DNA of 64,000 nucleotides from NCBI GenBank assembly GCA_965261735.1, contig OZ253470.1, forward strand, positions 2,016,001-2,080,000, read 5' to 3'. Positions 39,677-49,437 of the stretch are shown here, piece by piece (position 1 is the stretch's first letter; each line of letters starts with the position of its first letter). The stretch comes from Alphaproteobacteria bacterium. GTDB lineage: Bacteria; Pseudomonadota; Alphaproteobacteria; SHVV01. The notes beneath the pieces were generated by a model. That model did not search any database. It was given only the letters and a program-made list of their open reading frames with translations, and had not been told where the DNA came from. The position numbers were made by a program, and so were the translations under genes.

Positions 39677-40990
39677 ATGGACAGACGATTGCGCGCCCCT
39701 GTCGATCTACTCCCGGCGAGTCTCGAGGAAGCGGAGCGCAACGCGGAACGCATCGCCGCCCTGGCACGGGCAGGTGCCGCCCTGGTGATTGGACTGGCGG
39801 TCGCAGCGGCGATCTTGCTGTTGCCCGACGAAACCCGCGCCTACCTGCTACCGCGCCTTTACACCGGCCTCGTGACAATGGCGGGCTTTCTGGTCGTGGC
39901 CGGCGCTTCGTACTATGCGAGCAAGCGCGAGCCCTTTCGCCTCGGTTATGCGTACCTGTTCGTCGCCATGGACGTCGTCCTGATCGGGGTGGCGCCCTAC
40001 GCCGGCCTGGCTTTGGCAGGGCATCCCGGTCGTTACGTATTCGCCCAGCCGGCGGTGTGGATCATCCCCGTCATTTTGGCGATCCAGGCCATACGGTTCC
40101 GCGACGGACCGTTGATTTTTTCCGCCGCGCTCTATGTCGTGGTACTGGCGGCCCTCTTGTTTGTGGCCACGCCGCGCGCGGTCGATCCGGGTGGAGGGGA
40201 TACGCTGGTCTTGCTGCTCGATACACCGCCCGGTGCGGTGCGCATTTTGATGTTGGCCGTCGCCTCGGCGGTGCTGGTGTTCGCGGTTCGCAACAAGCGC
40301 GACATGCTCGCCCGCGGCATCGGTGCGACGCGACGGGAAGCCGAACTCAACCGGTTCCTGCCGCCGGAGGTTTCCCGCTCGCTCGATCCGCAAACGCCGA
40401 CCGCGGCGGAGCAGCGTGAACTCGCGGTTCTGTTCGTCGACCTGGTGGGCTTTACGCGCGCAGCGGAGCAGACAAACCCGCCCGACATCGCCCGCTGGCT
40501 CGGATCCTATCGCGACCGGGTCCATACGGCGGTCCGGGCCCATGGTGGCTTTATCGACAAATTCATTGGCGATGGCGTGATGGCGATCTTTGGCTACGAA
40601 ACAGACGCCCCGACGACGGCGCGCTCGGTCATGGGAGCCATCCCGGCGCTGGCCGCGGCGATCGGGGACTGGCATGGCTCGGAGCCGCAGGCCCCCAAGT
40701 TCGAGCTGGCCATCGGCGGCGCGCTTGGACCGGTATTCGTTGGGGTGATTGGGGCAGGCGAGCGGCGCGAGTTCACGGTTATCGGCGACGCGGTCAACGT
40801 CGCCGCGCGCCTAGAAGGCATCGCAAAGGAGCGAGGTGCGCTGGCGGCGCTAAGCGGCGACCTCGTCGCGGGCGCGACAAGCGCTGAGATCTTCGAACTC
40901 GGACCGACCGAGCTGCGCGGACGGGCCGGTGCCGTTGAGGTCTGCCTGGTTCCGCGCCCGAAACCCGCGGCTGACGGTAGCGCTACATGA
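39677..40990 (+). CDS. Membrane class III adenylate/guanylate cyclase
   Basis: About 6 TM segments; VLFVDLVGFT, IDKFIGDG, FTVIGDAVNVAARLE. Confidence 0.92.
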   Translation: MDRRLRAPVDLLPASLEEAERNAERIAALARAGAALVIGLAVAAAILLLPDETRAYLLPRLYTGLVTMAGFLVVAGASYYASKREPFRLGYAYLFVAMDVVLIGVAPYAGLALAGHPGRYVFAQPAVWIIPVILAIQAIRFRDGPLIFSAALYVVVLAALLFVATPRAVDPGGGDTLVLLLDTPPGAVRILMLAVASAVLVFAVRNKRDMLARGIGATRREAELNRFLPPEVSRSLDPQTPTAAEQRELAVLFVDLVGFTRAAEQTNPPDIARWLGSYRDRVHTAVRAHGGFIDKFIGDGVMAIFGYETDAPTTARSVMGAIPALAAAIGDWHGSEPQAPKFELAIGGALGPVFVGVIGAGERREFTVIGDAVNVAARLEGIAKERGALAALSGDLVAGATSAEIFELGPTELRGRAGAVEVCLVPRPKPAADGSAT

Positions 40991-42039
40991 CCGGTGGCAT
41001 TCTGCTCTATGGCGCGACGGGGTACACCGCCAAACTCGTCGCTGCATTAGCGCGCGAGCGCGGTGTCGCACCGGTGCTGGCCGGCCGCAGCGAGGCCGGT
41101 GTCAGGGCGGTCGCCGACGCCCACGGCATGGAGGCCACGGCCTTCGGCCTCGACGACCGCGACGGTATGGACAAGGCGCTCGCCCCCGTGGACGCCGTGC
41201 TCCATTGCGCGGGACCCTTTTCTGCGACGTCCAAGCCGATGGTCGACGCGTGCCTCCGCACCGGCACCCACTATCTCGACATCACCGGTGAGATCGACGT
41301 CTTCGAGGCCTGTGCAGCTCGCGGCGATGAAGCGGCAGAGAAGGGCGTCATGTTGCTACCGGGCGTCGGCTTCGACGTCGTCCCGAGCGACTGCCTGGCG
41401 GCCCACGCGGGTGCGAAGGTCGGCGGCGCCACCCGGCTCACGCTCGCGATCGCGGGGCCAACCACGTTGTCGCGAGGTACTTCGAAAACCGTCGTTGAGG
41501 GCATCGGCCAGGCGATCCAGGTGCGCCGCGCTGGCCGGATCGTGACCCTAACGAAGCCGATCCGGCGCGAGATCGACTTCGGCGATCGAACGGAGTCTTG
41601 CGTGTCGATCAGCTGGGGCGACGTTGCGACCGCACATTATTCGACCGGCGCCCGCGATATCGAAGTCCTTTTCCGTTCGATGCCGGAGGTCGAACGGGCC
41701 GTGAAGCTCGGTCCGTTGATGCGCTTCCTGCTCGCAACGAGGTTCGCGCAAGCCATGCTCAAGCGCCAGATCGACAAGCAACCGGAGGGTCCCGACGCGG
41801 CCGAGCGCGCGCGCGGCTCGAGCACCCTATTCGCCGAGGCGGTAAGCGCCGGCGGCGAGACGGCGCGCGCGATCCTGCGCACGCCGGAGGCCTATTCGCT
41901 GACCGCTGATAGTGCGCTAACGATTGCCTCGCGCGTCGCCGCAGGGGATATCAAGCCCGGTTTTCAAACACCGGCGACCGCGTTCGGGGCTGATTTCGTC
42001 CTCGAGCTGGAGGGCGTGAGCCGCGAGGACGTCCCGTAG
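40987..42039 (+). CDS. Saccharopine dehydrogenase-like NADP oxidoreductase
   Basis: LYGATGYTA, HCAGPF, HYLDITGE, GFDVVPSD, GFQTP. Confidence 0.9.
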   Translation: MTGGILLYGATGYTAKLVAALARERGVAPVLAGRSEAGVRAVADAHGMEATAFGLDDRDGMDKALAPVDAVLHCAGPFSATSKPMVDACLRTGTHYLDITGEIDVFEACAARGDEAAEKGVMLLPGVGFDVVPSDCLAAHAGAKVGGATRLTLAIAGPTTLSRGTSKTVVEGIGQAIQVRRAGRIVTLTKPIRREIDFGDRTESCVSISWGDVATAHYSTGARDIEVLFRSMPEVERAVKLGPLMRFLLATRFAQAMLKRQIDKQPEGPDAAERARGSSTLFAEAVSAGGETARAILRTPEAYSLTADSALTIASRVAAGDIKPGFQTPATAFGADFVLELEGVSREDVP

Positions 42040-42048
42040 GGCGCCACC

Positions 42049-44133
42049 CTAGCCGACGGGGCGGACGATGAGTCCGTCGACGGCGACGACGCCGCGCTCC
42101 TTGACGATCAGCGGGTTGATCTCGGCCTCGGCGACGAGGCCGGCCGGCAGGTGGGCAAGTTGCGACAGTGCGGCGATCGCGCCGGCGAGCGCCTCGAGGT
42201 CGCCGCGCGTGCGGCCGCGGAAGCCTTTGAGCAGCGCCATGCCGCGCACCTCCTCGATCATCGACCGCGCCTCCGTGTTCGTGACGGGCGCGCAGCGCAC
42301 GGCGAAGTCGCGCCACAGCTCGGCCAGCGCACCGCCCATGCCGACCAGCACCAGCGGTCCGGCCGCGAGATCGACGCGGTAGCCGACGATCACCTCGGCG
42401 AGCCCGGGCTCGAAGCGCTGCACGAAAATGCCCGACGGCTTCACCTCGGGCCGGGCGCGCGCGACCTCCTCGAGGATGAGGCGGTGGGCGCGCGCGAGCG
42501 CGCTCGCATCGGCGATGTCCGTGACGACGCCGCCGACGTCGGCCTTGTGGGCGATGTCGGCCGCCGAGACCTTGGCCACGACCGGGTAGAAGTCGATCGC
42601 CGCCAGGTCCGGCGTCTCGGCGTCGAGCACGATTCCTTGGGCGTGGTCAATGCCGAGGGCCGCGAAAACCTCGAGGGCCGCGCGCTCGTCGAGGCTTCCC
42701 GCCTCGATCCGTCGCGCGACTTCGGTAAGATTGCCGCTCGCGGCCGGCCTCGATGGCCGCGGTGCGGACCAGCGGAACAGCGCCACAAAGGCCTCGGCGC
42801 AGGACTCCGGGGTGCGAAAGGCGGGCACGCCCGCATCCGCCAGCCGCGCCAGCGATTGCGGCGCGTCGGGCGCCAGGAACACGCCGAAGGGTTTCGCCGA
42901 TCGCGCATGCTCGATGAGCGGGGCAACCGTGGTGTCGGCGTGGAACTGGGCCGACGAGCCGACGACGGCGACGACCGCGTCGCAATCGGGCGAGGCGAGT
43001 AGCGCGCCGAGGACGCGGCTCACGAGGTCCGCCCGGGCGCCGGCCATGGTGAGGTCGGTGAGGGGTCCGCGGCCGATGTCGATGCCATCGGCCGCGAGGC
43101 CCTCGACCACCGCATCGGGCGGCGGGGCGATCGTGAGACCGCCGAGCGCCAGCCGGTCGACGACCATCGCCGCGCCGCCACCCGTCGTCGTCATCACCGC
43201 GACGCGGCGCGAAGGCGGCATCGGCGGCTGCCGGCCCATGGCCAGCGGGGCCATTTCGAGGAAGGCCTCGAGCAGGTCGACCCTGAGGATACCGGCATCG
43301 CGGAAGAAGGCGTCGATGGCCTCGTCCGAGCCGGCGAGCGCGCCGGTGTGGCTCGTCGCCAGCGTCCGCCCCGTATCGGAGCGCACCGGCACGAAGGCGA
43401 GGACCGGCTTGCGCGCCTCGGCCGCGCGCCGCGCCATCGCCGCCATCGCCTCGCCGTCGCGGATCGTTTCCAGGAACAACAGGATCGCGCGCGTGGCCGC
43501 ATCATCGACCAGCCAGGAGCCAATGTCGCCGACGCCGAGGTCGGCCTCGTTGCCGATCGAGACCAGCTTGGAGAATCCGAAGCCGCGCGCCTGGCCGCGC
43601 GAGATCAGCGTGCCCAGTAGGCTGCCGCTCTGCGAGATGACGCCGATAGGGCCGGGCTTGAGCGCGGGCGCATCGAGTGCGGCGTTGACGCTGAGCGCGA
43701 CGCGGTCGGTCACGTTGATCACGCCCATGCTGTTGGGGCCGAGCAGGCGCATGCCGTGCTCGCGCGCGACCGCCAGGAGCTCGGCCTGGCGCGCCCGACC
43801 CTCGGCCCCGGCCTCGGCGAAGTTGCCCGCGAGCACGGTGACGAACGGAATACCCGCGGCGCCGCAGGCCTGGACGGCCTCGACCGCACCCTCGGTCGGC
43901 AGCAGCACGTAGGCGTGGTCGATGCCCTCGGGCAGCTCGGCGATCGAGGGCACCGCCGGCACGCCCTGCACCTGCGCGCGGCCCGGGTTGACGGGCCACA
44001 CCTCGCCGCCATAGCCGTGCCGGAGCAGGTAGCGCTGCGGGCGCCCGCTCGTCTTGGCGGGATCGTCCGAGGCGCCGATCAGCGCGATGCGCCGCGGCCG
44101 CCAGAACTGGGCGACCCGGGCGTGCGGGGTCAT
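42049..44133 (-). CDS. Acetate--CoA ligase family (NDP-forming acyl-CoA synthetase)
   Basis: IALIGAS, LGPNSMG, SQSG, SIGNEAD, SHTGALAG, HKADVGGV, EINPL. Confidence 0.92.
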   Translation of the reverse strand: MTPHARVAQFWRPRRIALIGASDDPAKTSGRPQRYLLRHGYGGEVWPVNPGRAQVQGVPAVPSIAELPEGIDHAYVLLPTEGAVEAVQACGAAGIPFVTVLAGNFAEAGAEGRARQAELLAVAREHGMRLLGPNSMGVINVTDRVALSVNAALDAPALKPGPIGVISQSGSLLGTLISRGQARGFGFSKLVSIGNEADLGVGDIGSWLVDDAATRAILLFLETIRDGEAMAAMARRAAEARKPVLAFVPVRSDTGRTLATSHTGALAGSDEAIDAFFRDAGILRVDLLEAFLEMAPLAMGRQPPMPPSRRVAVMTTTGGGAAMVVDRLALGGLTIAPPPDAVVEGLAADGIDIGRGPLTDLTMAGARADLVSRVLGALLASPDCDAVVAVVGSSAQFHADTTVAPLIEHARSAKPFGVFLAPDAPQSLARLADAGVPAFRTPESCAEAFVALFRWSAPRPSRPAASGNLTEVARRIEAGSLDERAALEVFAALGIDHAQGIVLDAETPDLAAIDFYPVVAKVSAADIAHKADVGGVVTDIADASALARAHRLILEEVARARPEVKPSGIFVQRFEPGLAEVIVGYRVDLAAGPLVLVGMGGALAELWRDFAVRCAPVTNTEARSMIEEVRGMALLKGFRGRTRGDLEALAGAIAALSQLAHLPAGLVAEAEINPLIVKERGVVAVDGLIVRPVG

Positions 44134-44144
44134 GTCGGGCGGCC

Positions 44145-45314
44145 TCAGTTCGCGGGGCGCGGCGGGCGCGGTGGGCGCTGCGAGAACCGGCGCTCGAAGA
44201 CGCTTTCGGCGATCCGGTTCTTCATCATCTCGACGGAGCCGCCGGCGATCATCCAGCCGCGCACCTTGCGGAAGCAGTATTCGACCAACGCCTCCTGCGA
44301 GTAGCCGGTGCCGCCCATGATCTGCACCGCCTCGTTGCACACCTCGAAGCCGGCCTCGTTGCAGAAGGCCTTGGCGATCGCCGTCTCCTCGGGCGCCGGC
44401 AGGCCGGCCTGGGCGTTGCAGGCGGCGCGGTAGAGCAGGAGCTGGCCGGCATCGAGCTTGATGCGCATGTCGGCGAACTTCCACTGCAAGCCCTGAAACT
44501 CGCACAGCGGGCGGCCGAACTGGTGGCGCGTCGCCGCGTGCTCGCGGGCGATGTCGAAGGCGCAGCGCGCGACCGCGAGAGCGCGCGCGGTATTGCCCAG
44601 GCGCTCGGCGTTGAAGCCCGCGATCTGCTTACGGAAGCCGCCCGGCCCGAGGAGCACGTCCTCGGCCGACACGTAGACGTCGTCGAAATAGAGCGCGCGC
44701 CAATCCTCGCCGTTCATGTAGCGCGAGGGTTGGCCGAAGCTCAGGCCCTCGGCATCGCGCGCGATCAGAACCGAGCCGATACCGTCGGTCCCGGGGCCGT
44801 AGCGCACGTAGGCGAGGAAGGTGGTGGCATCGCCGCTGTTGCTGGTGAACACCTTGCTGCCGTTGATGCGAAAGCCGGCACCCGTGGGCGTGGCCATGGT
44901 CTTCAGGTCGGTAACGGCGGAGCCCGAATCGGGCTCGGTCATGGCTACCGCGAACAGCGCCTCGCCGGCCAGGAGCTTTGGCAAATAGCGCTCCTTCTGC
45001 TCCGGCGTCGCATACTCGGCAAAGGTGCGGATGGCACCGAAGTTGCCGGCCTGGATCACGTCGGCGCTGCGCGGGCACACCTGTGCCACCTGCTCGATGG
45101 CGATGATGGCGTCCATCAGTGTGCCGCCCTGGCCGCCGTCGGCTTCGGGTACGGTGATGCCGAGCAGCCCCTGCTCCGAGAACAAGCGCGCGATGTGCCA
45201 CGGCCAGCCCGTCTCGTGGGCGCGCTTGAGCGCATCCTCCTTGAGATGGCGCTCTGCGATTCCCCTTACCGAGTTCTGGAAGGCTCGCGTTTCCTCATTG
45301 AGCTCAAAATCCAC
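44145..45314 (-). CDS. Acyl-CoA dehydrogenase
   Basis: AMTEPDSGS, INGSKVF, RHQFGRPL...FQG, QIMGGTGY, IAGGSVE; GTG start VDFELNEE. Confidence 0.93.
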   Translation of the reverse strand: MDFELNEETRAFQNSVRGIAERHLKEDALKRAHETGWPWHIARLFSEQGLLGITVPEADGGQGGTLMDAIIAIEQVAQVCPRSADVIQAGNFGAIRTFAEYATPEQKERYLPKLLAGEALFAVAMTEPDSGSAVTDLKTMATPTGAGFRINGSKVFTSNSGDATTFLAYVRYGPGTDGIGSVLIARDAEGLSFGQPSRYMNGEDWRALYFDDVYVSAEDVLLGPGGFRKQIAGFNAERLGNTARALAVARCAFDIAREHAATRHQFGRPLCEFQGLQWKFADMRIKLDAGQLLLYRAACNAQAGLPAPEETAIAKAFCNEAGFEVCNEAVQIMGGTGYSQEALVEYCFRKVRGWMIAGGSVEMMKNRIAESVFERRFSQRPPRPPRPAN

Positions 45315-45364
45315 GATTTGTCCCGCAGCCTCCCGTACGGCCCCCGGCCCCCGGCCGACGCGCC

Positions 45365-46165
45365 TTAGCGCCGGTAGTCGGCGCCGCTGCGCTCGAGCTT
45401 GCGCAGCAGGGCCTGCCACTCCCGATTCCCTTGCGTGCCCGCCGCGAAGCGCTTGTCCCACAGCGCGAATGTCTTGCGCTGGACCTCGCCCGATATCAGC
45501 ACCGGCTCCTGGCCGCCGGCCATCGCGGTGCACTGAATCTGGCACGCCGTTTCGAGATAATACATGCGCTTGAAGGCGGCAGGAACGGTGGCGCCCAGCG
45601 TGAGCAGGCCGTGGTTGCGCAGGATGACGACGTCGTGGTCGCGGCAGTCGCGACCGACCTGGTCGCGCTCCTCGAGCACGCCGGGTCCGTCGTAGTCGTG
45701 GTAGCCGAGCTGGCCTAGCACCATCAGCGACTGTTGGCTGATCGGCAGCAGGCCGTTCGGTTGCGTGGCGACCGCCGTGCCCGCCCCGGTATGCAGATGA
45801 ATCACGCAGGCGACGTCGGGGCGGGCGCGATAGGCGCCGCTATGGATGGCGAAGCCGGCCCAGTTGACGCCGTCCCGGCCCTCGTCGGCCTCGCTGTTGA
45901 TGTCGAGTTGCAGCAGGCTCGAGGCGGTGATCTCGTCGAACAGGTCGCCGTAGCGGTTGATCAGGAATGTGTCGGGGTCGTCGGGCGAGCGCACCGACAT
46001 GTGGGTGTAGATGAGGTCGGTCATGCGCAGGTGATCGAGAATGCGGTAGAGCGCGGCGAGCGTGCATCGCGCCTCCCACTCGGTGTCGCTGAAGCGCGTT
46101 CTCGGGAAGCGTTCGGTGGCCACCATCGTCCCGTCCGGATGTACTTGGTTGAAGCGGGCGCTCAC
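45365..46165 (-). CDS. Class II aldolase/adducin family protein
   Basis: IYTHMS, EITASSL, GFAIH, HLHT, LRNHGLL. Confidence 0.9.
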   Translation of the reverse strand: MSARFNQVHPDGTMVATERFPRTRFSDTEWEARCTLAALYRILDHLRMTDLIYTHMSVRSPDDPDTFLINRYGDLFDEITASSLLQLDINSEADEGRDGVNWAGFAIHSGAYRARPDVACVIHLHTGAGTAVATQPNGLLPISQQSLMVLGQLGYHDYDGPGVLEERDQVGRDCRDHDVVILRNHGLLTLGATVPAAFKRMYYLETACQIQCTAMAGGQEPVLISGEVQRKTFALWDKRFAAGTQGNREWQALLRKLERSGADYRR

Positions 46166-46276
46166 CGGCTCGCCGGTTCGCGGGCCCCGAGTTTAGCGGC
46201 CGCTGCGAGCGCGGGAAAGCCGTTCGCGGTCTTGTCTCGCCCCGGCGATTGCGACAAGCTCCAGCCTCATCGGCCG

Positions 46277-47074
46277 ATGATGGCGGCCGATCTCCTGCGG
46301 AGGATCACCCTGACCCTGCGACTCTACGCCATGACGTGCGGCTGGCTGACCCTGCCGAGGTGGACCTTTCTCGTTGGGGCCGAGGGTACGCTGCACGTTC
46401 CGGTCCCGTCCTACCTGATCGATCATCCCAAGGGGAAGCTGCTGTTCGACAGCGGCCTCCACCTCGCCACCCAGACCGATTCGGTTGGCTACCTCGGTAC
46501 TACCCGCTCGAAGCGCCTGGCGATCGAGTTCAAGGCCGGCGACGAGCTCGCCGCGCGCCTCGAGACGATGGAGGTCGACGTCCGCGATATCCGTTATCTC
46601 GTCAACTCGCATCTCCACTTCGACCATGTCGGCGGTAACGCCCAGATTCCGAACGCGGCGCTGGTGATCCAACGGCTCGAGTGGCAGGCCGGGCGCGACC
46701 CCGACTTGATTGCCGCCATGGGCTACCAGCCGTCGGACTATGACCTCGGGCACGACGTGATCGAGGTTGTGGGCGAGCACGACGTGTTCGGCGATGGCAC
46801 CGTGGTGTGCCTGCCGACGCCCGGCCATACGCCCGGCCATCAGTCGTTGCGCGTCAGACTTGACGGCGGCGAGGTCGTATTGGCCGGCGATGCCTGCTAC
46901 CTGCGCGAATCACTTCGCGACCTGCATCTGCCGAGCTTTCTACACGACGAGGCGCGGTTGCTCGCCTCGCTGCGGCTCCTGCGCGAGTTCGCGGCGCGGG
47001 GGGCGCGTATCTTCTACGGCCACGATCCGCGGTTTTGGCAGGGTGTGCCGCAGGCGCCGGCGGCGGTCGTCTAG
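46277..47074 (+). CDS. N-acyl homoserine lactonase family (AiiA/AttM-like) MBL hydrolase
   Basis: YLIDHPKG, SHLHFDHVG, TPGHTPGH, GDACY, GHD. Confidence 0.88.
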   Translation: MMAADLLRRITLTLRLYAMTCGWLTLPRWTFLVGAEGTLHVPVPSYLIDHPKGKLLFDSGLHLATQTDSVGYLGTTRSKRLAIEFKAGDELAARLETMEVDVRDIRYLVNSHLHFDHVGGNAQIPNAALVIQRLEWQAGRDPDLIAAMGYQPSDYDLGHDVIEVVGEHDVFGDGTVVCLPTPGHTPGHQSLRVRLDGGEVVLAGDACYLRESLRDLHLPSFLHDEARLLASLRLLREFAARGARIFYGHDPRFWQGVPQAPAAVV

Positions 47075-47508
47075 GCTCCGGGCGCGGGCGCGGGAGCTGA
47101 GCGCTTCTTGCGGCCGCGGCCCGTTTCGGTGCCGAGGCCCATCGAGCGCGCCAGTTCCGAGCGGCGTTTCGCGTAGCTCGGGGCGACCATCGGGTAATCG
47201 GACGCCAGCTTCCAGCGTGCGCGGTACTGATCGAGGCTCAGCTGGTGCGCGGCCCACAGGTGGCGCTTCAGCGCCTTGAGGCGTTTGCCGCACTGCAGGC
47301 AAATGACGGCGTGCGGCGTGATCGAGCGCGCGAGCGCGACCGCCGGCCTGCCGTCCACGGCCGCGGTACCGCCAAGATCGAGTGAGGACAGGGTTTGATG
47401 GACTTCGCGCAGCAGGTGCGGCACACGGTCGGCTGCCAGTGTGTTCCGGCCGGCGTAGGAAACGACGATTTCCGCGGTCATATCGAGCAATTGTCGGTCG
47501 ATGCGCAT
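47071..47508 (-). CDS. mucR: MucR/Ros family transcriptional regulator
   Basis: TAEIVVSY N-domain, CLQC...LKRHLWAAH zinc finger, DYPMVAPSYAKRRSELA. Confidence 0.93.
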   Translation of the reverse strand: MRIDRQLLDMTAEIVVSYAGRNTLAADRVPHLLREVHQTLSSLDLGGTAAVDGRPAVALARSITPHAVICLQCGKRLKALKRHLWAAHQLSLDQYRARWKLASDYPMVAPSYAKRRSELARSMGLGTETGRGRKKRSAPAPAPGA

Positions 47509-47630
47509 GACGAAGCCATCGCTGTATCCGCGCGCGGAGTTCGCACGATGCCAGAGTAGGGGTGCAGATCCGGTTAAGCAGTAGCGTCCGTCACAGCCCG
47601 CGTCCGGGCCCTAGCGCGAGCCGCACGGCG

Positions 47631-47906
47631 TCAGCTGACGCGCGAAGCCAACAGGAAGAACAAGCCGACCAGGAACATGCCGCCGCCCAGGAATGTCGCC
47701 AATGCGGCGACATAGAATCCGATGTCGCTGGTCGGCAAGCGCGGCGGAGGTGGGTCTTGCCGGTCCGCGCGCTCGAGCTCGCGCAGCGCCCGATGAACCT
47801 CCTTAAGGAGCTGGGGCAGGCGGTCGGGATCGAACGTGTTGTTGGCCGCGTAGGACATGACGATTTCTGTGGTCCGCTCGAGAAGGCTTCTCTTGTGGTC
47901 GCTCAC
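47631..47906 (-). CDS. MucR N-terminal domain fused to a C-terminal TM helix (no zinc finger)
   Basis: SLLERTTEIVMSYAANNTFDPDRLPQLLKEVHRAL, PPPP linker, IGFYVAALATFLGGGMFLVGLFFLL; start may be GTG 47906 or 47948. Confidence 0.75.
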   Translation of the reverse strand: MSDHKRSLLERTTEIVMSYAANNTFDPDRLPQLLKEVHRALRELERADRQDPPPPRLPTSDIGFYVAALATFLGGGMFLVGLFFLLASRVS

Positions 47907-48068
47907 GACGCGGTCCGGAGGCGAGCGACGAGCCTCATCGGCCGCCACGGCCGCCGGCGAGCTGACTTCCGTACGATAGGAGGGTGGGGCCCGCGCGTTG
48001 GAGGCGCAGTAGCGTCGGTCACAGGTGAGATGACTCGCCGCGCCGACACGGGCGTCACTAGCTGCGGC

Positions 48069-49082
48069 TTAGGGGCAGCCTTGCGGGCTCCCGCCCGGTC
48101 CGGCCGCCGGCGCGATGTTGGAAAGCTCGCCAATGGCGGCCATCAGATGGAACTCCTGCGCCTCGCTGCGGATCGCCGCGATTTCGCTCTCCGAGAGGCT
48201 CCTCGTGAGAATGTCGAGGAAGTGCTCCGCATTCGCCGCGTCCTGTGACTTGGCGATCTCGAACCAGTAGTACGATTTACGGTAGTCGCGGGAGACACCT
48301 TCGCCAAGATGTACATGCGCCCGAGGAAGACCTGAGCCCTCGCGTGACCGTTCTTCGCTGCGATCTCGAAATGGCGCGCCGCCTGGTCGAGGCTCTTGCC
48401 GACGCCGTGTCCACGATAGTAGAGGCGCCCGAGATCGAACTCGGCATCGCTCAGTCCCGCCGCTGCGGCGCTCGCGAACAACTCGGCGGCGCGACCAAAA
48501 TCCTTCGGCACGCCGGCGCCGAAATAAAACAGATAGCCAAGGTCGCGCCTGGCGCGGCTATCTCCTTGGCGCGCCGCCTTGTCGAAGAGCGCCGCCGCTC
48601 GGGTCGGGTCGGCGGCGCTCCCCTTGCCGTCGCGGTACAGGACCGCGAGCTTGCGCTGAGCCTCGGTGTTGCCCCGGTCGGCGGCCTTGAGATACCACAT
48701 GAGTGCGCGCTCGTAGTCCTGCGCGATCCCGTTGCCCTTGGCGTAGTAGTCGCCGGCCCGCAGTTGTGCCGCCGGATGCCCCTGCTGTGCCGCCCGGATG
48801 AACCAGGCGAACGCCTCGGTCGCCGACTCCTGAACGCAATGTCCGCCCTCGTACAGGCGCCCGAGCCAGAATTGGGCGTCGGGCTCACCGGCCTCGGCCG
48901 CCGGTTTGAACTCGAGGTACGCCGCGCGATAGTCCCCCGCCTCGAAGGCAGCTTGGCCGGTCCCGATATCGGACGCGTCAGCCCCGGCTGCACCGAGCCA
49001 AGCGAGCGCAAGCGAGCGCAAGCGCGGAAACCAGCACGGCGGCGGCGTGGCGCAGGCTCCGGGCGCGCGGATTCGCGGACAA
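48069..49082 (-). pseudogene. Secreted SEL1-repeat protein with two frameshifts
   Basis: Repeats such as AQFWLGRLY and AEFDLGRLYYRGHGV; 10-bp duplication at 49001-49020 breaks the signal peptide; 1-bp loss near 48310. Confidence 0.8.
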
Positions 49083-49266
49083 CCGACCCCCTATCGGCAG
49101 AGCCGATTGCTCGCACCCTGGACGCCGTGTTGACACGTATTCGCCCGCCCTCACCGGGTTGTTGCCTGCCCTACCAAAAGCAATTTCTAGGCAAATATCA
49201 CACCGTTTCCGATTGTTGTATTATTTCATATGGTTAATCGATCTCAGAGAAGGCCGCTATGAAAAA

Positions 49267-49398
49267 GTGTAAAGTTTGCCGACATTCTGGTTAGAGGCGC
49301 GTGCTGCCGTAAGGGACGGGTGGCCCTACGATTCCCGCGGTATTCTCGCGGCATCGCGGGCACAGGCCGGAGTGTAAAGAGCCTTTACACCTTTACAC
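49267..49398. promoter_or_regulatory. Four GTGTAAAG/CTTTACAC boxes, including an inverted pair
   Basis: 49267, 49372 (forward); 49383, 49391 (reverse). Confidence 0.45.
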
Positions 49399-49437
49399 GC
49401 GGGCCCGGCTTACGCGACAACGATCCGGTGAGATTAC

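Noticed and set aside
42049-45545. Apparent long N-terminal extensions of the CoA ligase and acyl-CoA dehydrogenase
   Set aside because: The extensions overlap neighbouring genes; family homology starts at 44133 and 45314
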